This document shows, in pieces, positions 57,424-64,000 of a stretch of 64,000 nt of DNA. The number at the start of each line of letters is the position of its first letter. Positions within the stretch are counted from its first letter, which is position 1. Source of the stretch: Minisyncoccia bacterium (GTDB lineage Bacteria; Patescibacteriota; Minisyncoccia; Phycocordibacterales; UBA9973); contig JBDHUP010000001.1 of the NCBI GenBank assembly GCA_039809245.1, forward strand, positions 30,934 to 94,933, read 5' to 3'. The notes beneath the pieces were generated by a model, which saw only the letters and a program-made list of their open reading frames with translations, was not told the origin of the DNA and ran no database searches. Both the position numbers and the translations under genes were made by a program.

Positions 57424-58818
57424 TTAATTCACAGTTATTGTTACATCATCAGAGTTTGTATCACCATAATCATCTGTGACAGTTAATCTAAAGACGTAAG
57501 TTCCTGGAGTAATATCATCTACATCCGTTATATCCGATGTTGGATCGACGATTGTCGCTGGTCCACCTGATACCTTAGTCCATAAAAAAGAATCAATATA
57601 CCCATCACTATCGGTTCCGTTACCATTTAAAGTCAAATATCCTTCTGGTAAAGTAATAGTTTGATCTGGGCCTGCATCCGCTACTGGAGGGTTATTTGTA
57701 GTTACATTTTCTACTGTGACCGTAATCGTATCAGTCCCAGTTGCTCCTTGATTATCGGTTACTGTAAATTTGAATACATAAGTCCCTGCGGACAAATTAT
57801 CCACATCTGTAGTATCAGAAGATGGGTTGGATATTGTAGCAGATCCACCTGAGATTTTTGTCCAATTATAAGAAACTATACTTCCGTCTGAATCATTTCC
57901 ATAACCACTCAGAGTAACAAAATTATCAGGCATAGTTATCGTTTCATCTGGACCTGCGTCTGCATAAGGAGGATTGTTAGATTGAGGTGATGATTCATCG
58001 TTTACAATTACACTAACATCATCATAAGATGTATCGTTTTTATTATCAACAACTGTCAGTCTAAATACATATGAACCTAATACTAAATTATTTATTTCTG
58101 TACTAGAAGAATTAGGTGAAACTATATTTGCAGATCCACCTGAAATTTTTGTCCAATTATAAGAAACTATACTTCCATCAGAGTCGCTTCCTGAACCAAG
58201 TAGAGTAACTGATGACGTCGGAAGGGTTACATATTTATCAGGCCCGGCACTTGCAAAAGGTGGGATATTATTTATTCCTTGTTGTGAAGTACTTGTTGTA
58301 GTTTTTAGGGTAGAAGCAGAAGTAGATTTATTTGAAGCTATTTTGGTTTTTGTAGTTTTAGTTGTAGCTGGGAAACCGCTTGCTGTTACATATAATTCAT
58401 CGGCCGATTTATATCCTTCTGAATCTGTTACGACCAGACGAAATATATATATTCCATTTTGAAGGTTTTTAACAACAGTAGTACTTGAATCTGGCGAAAC
58501 AATGGTGGCCTTACCACCAGAGAGTTTGAACCACATATAATTAACCCACCCTCCATCCTTTGTCGTAGCCGACCCTTTTAGAGTAAAAGAGTTGGTCGGA
58601 TATTTAACCACAATATCAGGACCAGCATCTACTTTAATATTACTTAATGAATCGTTGATAACTAGACTGTCTTCGATATCAGAAGTTTGTTTATCTAAAA
58701 AAGGTATCTTTCCTAGACCTGGATGTGTTTCTCTGAGGTAAAAGATACTACCAACAAATATAATTGCTGTAAAAAATACAAGGATGAAAGTTGATATAGA
58801 TCCTTTATTTAATTTCAT
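57424..58818 (-). CDS. Membrane-anchored protein with four tandem PKD-like domains
   Basis: 464 aa. N-terminal TM. Four about 95-aa repeats, each DAGPD.T..LP...V.L.G.G.DSDGSIVSYNWTKISGG.A.I..P.S..T.V.NL..G.Y.F...VTD. Confidence 0.7.
   Translation of the reverse strand: MKLNKGSISTFILVFFTAIIFVGSIFYLRETHPGLGKIPFLDKQTSDIEDSLVINDSLSNIKVDAGPDIVVKYPTNSFTLKGSATTKDGGWVNYMWFKLSGGKATIVSPDSSTTVVKNLQNGIYIFRLVVTDSEGYKSADELYVTASGFPATTKTTKTKIASNKSTSASTLKTTTSTSQQGINNIPPFASAGPDKYVTLPTSSVTLLGSGSDSDGSIVSYNWTKISGGSANIVSPNSSSTEINNLVLGSYVFRLTVVDNKNDTSYDDVSVIVNDESSPQSNNPPYADAGPDETITMPDNFVTLSGYGNDSDGSIVSYNWTKISGGSATISNPSSDTTDVDNLSAGTYVFKFTVTDNQGATGTDTITVTVENVTTNNPPVADAGPDQTITLPEGYLTLNGNGTDSDGYIDSFLWTKVSGGPATIVDPTSDITDVDDITPGTYVFRLTVTDDYGDTNSDDVTITVN
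57430..58330. repeat. Tandem, roughly 290-bp DNA repeats encoding the PKD domains
   Basis: Near-identical blocks gatccacctgagatttttgtccaattataagaaactatacttcc recur at about 57845 and about 58134. Confidence 0.5.
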
Positions 58819-58843
58819 AAATTTAATATATTTATTATACCAT

Positions 58844-59278
58844 TTATATTTTACCTTGTTCAGTTAAAACTCTCTTTATATGAAAACGCATACTAAGGAT
58901 ACGCCCGAGCATAGCCCCTTCAACAAAACTAATAGTAAAAGCAGATAATACTGCTCCTTTAAGCCAGTGCTCAAATATAAAATGACGAGATACTGAAAAT
59001 GCTATATATAGGACAAGCACTACTATTCCGATCCGATCAAGGCGACCTATGACCTTTCGATCTTCTACATGCCATTCTATCGAAAACATCCTGCCTGCAA
59101 TAAAGCCTATAGCTAGCCCAAACAGCACTCCAAATATAAGTGTTAATACTTTTATATGACTTATATAGACTTCATAAATTAAAATTCCAGACATAACTAC
59201 TAAAATAATGACAAGGATTTTTAACCTCCTTATCAGCTTACTATCTATATGATCTTTTATGTTTAATTCTTCGCCCAT
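58844..59278 (-). CDS. Hypothetical membrane protein
   Basis: 144 aa, 3-4 TM. Confidence 0.35.
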   Translation of the reverse strand: MGEELNIKDHIDSKLIRRLKILVIILVVMSGILIYEVYISHIKVLTLIFGVLFGLAIGFIAGRMFSIEWHVEDRKVIGRLDRIGIVVLVLYIAFSVSRHFIFEHWLKGAVLSAFTISFVEGAMLGRILSMRFHIKRVLTEQGKI

Positions 59279-59281
59279 TTA

Positions 59282-59716
59282 TTATAAACTTTTATGATTG
59301 CTCTCTGCTTTTTTTTCTAATATTTCTAACTTTTTTGAGATTACAAATAATTCTTCTTTAATATCAGATATAGAATTAACTTCATTCTTCAGGTCAGCTT
59401 CCGTACGTTCATTAAGCTTCTTTTCACCACGAAGGCCAGAGAGTATTAACTCATTACCAATAAAGCTAGAAGTGAACGCTCCCGTTAGATAAAGCATTAG
59501 ACATCCGACAATAAACGACAGTGGTCCATCCCACCAAGGAGTATCCATGATACTCATAGAAGACCCTGCTGAGAAAAACTCTATAGTTGAGTGGATCTGG
59601 TCAGCACTATGCCAAACTCCACGCCAAAACAAAACAATCCCTATCCCTACTATCAAAGCATACAATAGCGGGTGATGGCTTAAGTAAATCTGAATTTTTC
59701 TTTGCAATTTTTTCAT
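59282..59716 (-). CDS. Hypothetical membrane protein with C-terminal coiled coil
   Basis: 144 aa, 2-3 TM plus a helical tail. Confidence 0.35.
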   Translation of the reverse strand: MKKLQRKIQIYLSHHPLLYALIVGIGIVLFWRGVWHSADQIHSTIEFFSAGSSMSIMDTPWWDGPLSFIVGCLMLYLTGAFTSSFIGNELILSGLRGEKKLNERTEADLKNEVNSISDIKEELFVISKKLEILEKKAESNHKSL

Positions 59717-59727
59717 ATGAAATTGAA

Positions 59728-60489
59728 TTATTGATTAGGATACCAATCAAGAAGTGTAACTAAGATATTGGGATCGCTAACATTAATTAAAATTTTAAAT
59801 TTCTCTATATCACTGAGTCCATCCTGTCCTTTGTAGTGATATGGAATAACTTCCTTTGGCTTGAATGCTAGAACTGCGTCGGCCGCTTCATCTACACCCA
59901 TAGTATAAGGAAGATTCATAGGTATAAGAGCTATATCTATGTTCTTCAGCGCTCTCATTTCTATTGTTCCTGATGTATCTCCTGCTACGTATACTCGGTG
60001 GCCATACTTCTCCACCACATAGCCATTCCCTCGCCCTTTTGGATGGAAAGCATCTTTCGACTCAGGAAGATTATACATTGGGATAGCTGTTATTGTGAAT
60101 CCTTTTTCTTCTACTACTTCATCATTCTTTAAAACTTTCGCCTTTGAGGCAAGCTCCTCCGGCAACTTATCCATAACAGCTTGTGGAACTATCAGAGTTG
60201 TATTTCTACTAGTAACTGTCGATAGAGTAGGTACATCGAAATGGTCCCCATGTATATCAGTAATGAGTATAATGTCTGCTTTTGGTTGACCTTCAAATGC
60301 TTTGACCTCGCCTACTGGATCAGTATATATAGCCATATCACCGAACTTTATAACTGCGGTGGCATGTGAAATAGGCACTACTTGTGGTGTATTTTTTAAT
60401 TCCATGGAAGTTTTATTATTTTTATTAAAAGCTAGATAAGTACCTAGCACTATTATAATAAGTAAGACGAACACAAATATGTTTCTCAT
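59728..60489 (-). CDS. MBL-fold metallo-hydrolase, membrane-anchored/secreted
   Basis: 253 aa. N-terminal TM. ILITDIHGDHFD (HxHxDH variant). Confidence 0.6.
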   Translation of the reverse strand: MRNIFVFVLLIIIVLGTYLAFNKNNKTSMELKNTPQVVPISHATAVIKFGDMAIYTDPVGEVKAFEGQPKADIILITDIHGDHFDVPTLSTVTSRNTTLIVPQAVMDKLPEELASKAKVLKNDEVVEEKGFTITAIPMYNLPESKDAFHPKGRGNGYVVEKYGHRVYVAGDTSGTIEMRALKNIDIALIPMNLPYTMGVDEAADAVLAFKPKEVIPYHYKGQDGLSDIEKFKILINVSDPNILVTLLDWYPNQ

Positions 60490-60524
60490 ACATTTATTAT
60501 AGCATTTTTATTATTTTATAAACT

Positions 60525-60905
60525 CTATTGAATTACTTGTTCAGTGGAATTTATTTTGTGGAATGAATAGTAAGAAATACCTAGTATAACAATAGCTATA
60601 ACTGGGAATAATAAGAATGATGAAAATCCAAACACTACCCACATACTTATAAGAGCGGCGATGAAATCAAATGTGAATCCTGCGTAGGCCCACTCTTTAA
60701 CTTTTGCAGGAATCTGCGGAAGAATTAGAGCGAGGGATCCGAGAACTTTAGCAACCACAATCATTGTCACGAAGTAATGCGGATAACCTAGAGGTATTAT
60801 TCCAGTCTCGGCTGTCCCATTAAAATAGGCAACCATCTCCATGATTCCCTGAGTTATAAATATTAAAGAAGTCGCAACCCAGAACATTATTTTGTATTTT
60901 TTCAT
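60525..60905 (-). CDS. DoxX-like family membrane protein
   Basis: 126 aa, 4 TM. KEWAYAGFTFDF is typical of DoxX-like proteins. Confidence 0.5.
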   Translation of the reverse strand: MKKYKIMFWVATSLIFITQGIMEMVAYFNGTAETGIIPLGYPHYFVTMIVVAKVLGSLALILPQIPAKVKEWAYAGFTFDFIAALISMWVVFGFSSFLLFPVIAIVILGISYYSFHKINSTEQVIQ

Positions 60906-60947
60906 ATTCGATATTATATCATTCAGTTTAATATCTTAAAAATGTAT

Positions 60948-61334
60948 CTATATAGCCACTTTTACTGTTTTATAATATTCTCGAAGTGAGCTGAATTTAT
61001 CACCCTCTACTGTAAAGATAATCGTACCGATTACGTTGTAATTCATATTATTCTTAACATTCACAAACTTCGCATCCCATTCAACTATAACTACACCTTC
61101 ATCAGTCCAGACATTTAGGACTTTAAAATGGATATCTTTCTGTTCCTCTACAACCTTACTCACCCAGTAAGAACGTATCGCTTCGCGACCGATATTCTTC
61201 TCCTCATGAGGATCATCGTAAGTAGCATCTTCAGTGAAGATAGTACAGATAAGATCAGGATCTTGCTTCTCCCATGCTTCACCATATATATCTATAAGTT
61301 TTAGTGCTTGTTCTTTGGTCATAAGGTTATTCAA
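60948..61334 (-). CDS. NTF2-like / SnoaL-like (ketosteroid-isomerase fold) protein
   Basis: 128 aa. TKEQALKLIDIYGEAWEKQDPDLICTIFTEDATYDDP is the typical SnoaL_2 N-terminus. Confidence 0.5.
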   Translation of the reverse strand: MNNLMTKEQALKLIDIYGEAWEKQDPDLICTIFTEDATYDDPHEEKNIGREAIRSYWVSKVVEEQKDIHFKVLNVWTDEGVVIVEWDAKFVNVKNNMNYNVIGTIIFTVEGDKFSSLREYYKTVKVAI

Positions 61335-61341
61335 TAAAACA

Positions 61342-61644
61342 TTAATTATCAGTGTCTTTATTTAATTTATCTTCAGTATTTGAAATGTTATGACTTTGGA
61401 TATGACTACCAAGATCGCCATTTATATTTAACTCTGAAGGAGCTTTTACTTCTCTAGGCCAGCTTTCTTTAACAGAAGTCCTATCTTGCTGACCCATCTC
61501 TTCAGCAAATTCTGCATCGCTCAATAACACATAATTCCCACTTCCAGGCATTTTCCTTAAAGTACGACGTGCCCCATTCTTATCGAAATGCTCAGGCTGC
61601 AATTCCCTTCTACTATTAAACCTTGCGTCAAATGATTCTTTCAT
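61342..61644 (-). CDS. Hypothetical protein
   Basis: 100 aa, hydrophilic, no motif. Confidence 0.3.
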   Translation of the reverse strand: MKESFDARFNSRRELQPEHFDKNGARRTLRKMPGSGNYVLLSDAEFAEEMGQQDRTSVKESWPREVKAPSELNINGDLGSHIQSHNISNTEDKLNKDTDN

Positions 61645-61737
61645 TAGTTTATTATAACATTTTTATTAATATTGACATTAGTTTGTTTTGTTATAGTATG
61701 AGCATGAAACATATACATAAACTTAAAACATAGACTC

Positions 61738-62169
61738 ATGAACAATCCACTCAGTTACACCTTACTGTGCGTTATAGTTTGGTGCCTTTGGCCATCTTTA
61801 GCAAAGATGTCTAAGTTACAACCAGCAACGATAACTTTCTTTATTTGTGTATTCACAGCTTTGACAGCCGTAATGTTCCTGCTTTTTAAAAACCAGATTA
61901 ATTTAACCGGAGAAGGAGTTACAACAAAGGGAGTAGTTATTATCATAATCGCCGCAGTTTTAAACGGCATTGGAATGATAACTTATAGTTCCCTGCTTTC
62001 ATCAGGTTCTGGTTTTGATATTTCAAAATACGTTGTAATGATTTCATGCCTCATGCCTGTTGGTACTATTATATTTGCCAGCATACTGCTCGGTGAACAT
62101 ATAAGTATCAAAAAGATTGTGAGTATTATGATAATCGTAGGAGGAGTATATATGCTCCAGAAAAGTTAG
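61738..62169 (+). CDS. Small 4-TM membrane protein (EamA-half/SMR-like)
   Basis: 143 aa, four helices. Confidence 0.4.
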   Translation: MNNPLSYTLLCVIVWCLWPSLAKMSKLQPATITFFICVFTALTAVMFLLFKNQINLTGEGVTTKGVVIIIIAAVLNGIGMITYSSLLSSGSGFDISKYVVMISCLMPVGTIIFASILLGEHISIKKIVSIMIIVGGVYMLQKS

Positions 62170-62191
62170 GTGAGCTGTAAATAGATATTTA

Positions 62192-62228
62192 AAAGGGTTG
62201 CTAATAAATTAGCAACCCTTTTTTTATT
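62192..62228. terminator. Bidirectional rho-independent terminator
   Basis: AAAAGGGTTGCTAA-TAAA-TTAGCAACCCTTTTTTT. Perfect 11-bp stem, A-run and T-run on both sides. Sits between convergent genes. Confidence 0.65.
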
Positions 62229-62232
62229 TGTC

Positions 62233-62934
62233 TTAAAGCTCCACGGCAATTTTTACCATATCTTTAAAACTTCTTTCTCTTTTAGATGCACTCAAGTGAT
62301 CACCTGTAACCAGGTTATCACTGATTGTTAGAATAGTTAGTGCATTGATTTCGTTTTTTGCTGCCAGTGTGTACAATTCGGCAGTTTCCATTTCAATAGC
62401 CAGTACACCGTATTCTTTAAAAACTTTCCAGGTATGAGGTTCAACATCTTCATAGAACTTATCTACGGAAATGATGTTGCCTACAGTTACATCTACTTTC
62501 ATTTTTGATGCAACCTTATCAGCTTTTTTCAAAAGACCCCAATTTGCTATCGGTGCAAAATTCATCCCATGGAACCGGCGATCATTCATCCCGGAATCTG
62601 TACAGGCCCCAGCTGCAATAATTATGCTATTACAAGGAAGCCTTTCAGAAAGTGACCCTGCACTTCCAACCCGGATAATATTTTTTACACCATAATCTTT
62701 AATAAGTTCATTGGTATATATACCTAGTGATGGCATACCCATACCTGAACCCTGTACGGAAATCCTTTTTCCATTTGGGGCTATACCAGTGAACCCCAGC
62801 ATATTCCTTACAGAGTTATACTGAACAACCTTTTTTAAAAATTTTTTAGCTATCCATTGTGCCCTTAGAGGGTCTCCTGGAAGTAATACTGTTTCGGCAA
62901 TTTGGCCAGGTGTGGCCTCAATGTGAATACTCAT
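62233..62934 (-). CDS. deoD: Purine nucleoside phosphorylase, DeoD type
   Basis: 233 aa. Near-collinear with E. coli DeoD: TVLLPGDPLRAQWIAKKFL, VRNMLGFTG, GSGMGMPS, IRVGSAGS, EMETAELY, TISDNL. Confidence 0.85.
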   Translation of the reverse strand: MSIHIEATPGQIAETVLLPGDPLRAQWIAKKFLKKVVQYNSVRNMLGFTGIAPNGKRISVQGSGMGMPSLGIYTNELIKDYGVKNIIRVGSAGSLSERLPCNSIIIAAGACTDSGMNDRRFHGMNFAPIANWGLLKKADKVASKMKVDVTVGNIISVDKFYEDVEPHTWKVFKEYGVLAIEMETAELYTLAAKNEINALTILTISDNLVTGDHLSASKRERSFKDMVKIAVEL

Positions 62935-63083
62935 AATGTTTGATTTTAATGGTTATGAAATTTAATCCACAATACTTTTTATTACACGCTCTGTCAATAG
63001 GTTATTTTTGGTAATTGACAAAATCTCAAAAAAGCGTAGATTAAACTTAAATTTCTATTACAATCACCTAAAAATAACTCAGT

Positions 63084-63536
63084 ATGGAAAGTATTAATTA
63101 TCATGACCTGAACCCAATTCAAAGGGGCTTACTTTTTGCCGCAGCCGAAGTTATGGAAAAAGCTTACAACCCTTATTCTAAATTTTCTGTCGGCGCAGCA
63201 ATAAGAACAAAAAGCGGTGACATCATTTTAGGGGCAAACGTTGAGAACGCTTCCTATGGATGCACTATCTGCGCAGAAAGAAGTGCTTTAGTTAGCGCCA
63301 ATGCTTTAGGGCATAAAGAATATGAAAGTATTGCTGTTATCGCCAAGCCAGAAAAAGGAGTAACAGAAGAAATCACCGGTCCTTGCGGAATTTGTCGCCA
63401 GATGATATTAGAAGCGGCTCATGTTTCTAATATTGATATTGAAATTATTATGTCGACAACCGACATGAAGAGAATTATCATCGCAAAAATAAGCGAGTTG
63501 CTTCCCTTTAGTTTTGGGCCAAATAATTTAAAGTAA
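63084..63536 (+). CDS. cdd: Cytidine deaminase (homotetrameric type)
   Basis: 150 aa. CAERSAL (C-A-E) and PCGICRQ (PCxxC) are the zinc ligands. Confidence 0.85.
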   Translation: MESINYHDLNPIQRGLLFAAAEVMEKAYNPYSKFSVGAAIRTKSGDIILGANVENASYGCTICAERSALVSANALGHKEYESIAVIAKPEKGVTEEITGPCGICRQMILEAAHVSNIDIEIIMSTTDMKRIIIAKISELLPFSFGPNNLK

Positions 63537-63565
63537 GGCGAATATCGCTTTTAAAATCCATTGAA

Positions 63566-64000
63566 CTATTTTTGCTCAATGGATTTTTTATTATGTTCAC
63601 TAAGTTTCTCTTCTACGAACCTTATTATTCTACCCGTACTTTCATCTACTATTTCTTCTTTATAATAATTATTTTCTCTATCAACTATACGTATTTTCAC
63701 AACTCCTCTAGGAGATAAGTCTTTCCTTTTGCTAGGGAACCATCCATTAATAGATTCAAAAATAAACCTTCTAACTCCTATTCTATTCTTTCTTATTTTA
63801 ATACTATCTTTAATCGACAATGTTTCGTGAATAGTAATCCCATTTGAACCATGACCACAAGAAAACTTATATTTATAACCATTTTCGCTTTCTTCAGCAA
63901 AAACTATTTCAAGATTACTTTTACAAGTTTTGCATTTACCAGATGCTGTGCTTTCCAAAAAATCTTTATAAGCATAATCTCTTATTTCTATATCTTGAAT
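63566..64000 (-). CDS. Hypothetical Cys-rich (zinc-ribbon-like) protein; reading frame stays open to the right window edge, so possibly N-terminally partial
   Basis: KCKTCKS...FSCGHG gives a CxxC...C.H arrangement. The track start is a TTG. My translation shows the same frame continues without a stop to position 64000. Confidence 0.35.
   Translation of the reverse strand: MQDIEIRDYAYKDFLESTASGKCKTCKSNLEIVFAEESENGYKYKFSCGHGSNGITIHETLSIKDSIKIRKNRIGVRRFIFESINGWFPSKRKDLSPRGVVKIRIVDRENNYYKEEIVDESTGRIIRFVEEKLSEHNKKSIEQK

Noticed and set aside
1-64000. Alternative genetic code (UGA=Gly as in SR1/Gracilibacteria) or CRISPR arrays
   Set aside because: Conserved genes (infB, metG, ileS, argS, glyA, thyA) read through cleanly with the standard code and terminate at ordinary stops. 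No run of short direct repeats with regular spacers is visible anywhere. The only repeats are in-frame protein-domain repeats.

Overview
This is a low-GC, gene-dense bacterial chromosomal segment, with about 85 protein genes and two tRNAs, read with the standard genetic code. The gene content suggests a reduced-genome organism, possibly Patescibacteria/CPR-like, although I cannot run a search to confirm the lineage. It has a short 503-aa IF-2 that starts at the G domain, a minimal MetRS, an alpha2-type GlyRS, a type-2 IleRS, RNase J, and an rpsF-ssb-rpsR operon with no rplI after it. Most of the window is housekeeping: infB-rbfA, four aminoacyl-tRNA synthetases, ribosomal proteins, RecO, TatD and transporters. 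Four regions deserve a second look:
1. The isoleucyl-tRNA synthetase (28974..32441, minus strand) carries an in-frame, roughly 200-aa histidine-phosphatase (PGM/PhoE/CobC-like, RHG motif) domain inserted in its catalytic core. Its stop codon lies 2 nt from the start of a Nudix hydrolase. I do not know of this architecture.
2. A compact nucleotide-sanitation and thymidylate island spans 34424..43300: dut, a P-loop kinase overlapping a Nudix gene, tmk, two further Nudix genes, glyA, thyA, folA, a MazG-like gene and a dCMP deaminase. deoD and cdd lie at the right edge of the window.
3. A decayed integrative element sits just downstream of tRNA-Cys and tRNA-Leu. It consists of the C-terminal half of a large serine recombinase whose ORF runs into the tRNA-Leu 3' end, followed by an LRR protein, a GIY-YIG nuclease-domain protein and a 1140-aa surface protein (beta-helix + Ig-like + PKD + C-terminal SPRY/B30.2-like).
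4. An envelope-stress-like module (ECF sigma, putative anti-sigma, CPBP protease, HtrA) and a secretome island of individually terminated hypothetical exported proteins, including a 4xPKD repeat protein.
There is no CRISPR array, no rRNA, and no intact mobile element.
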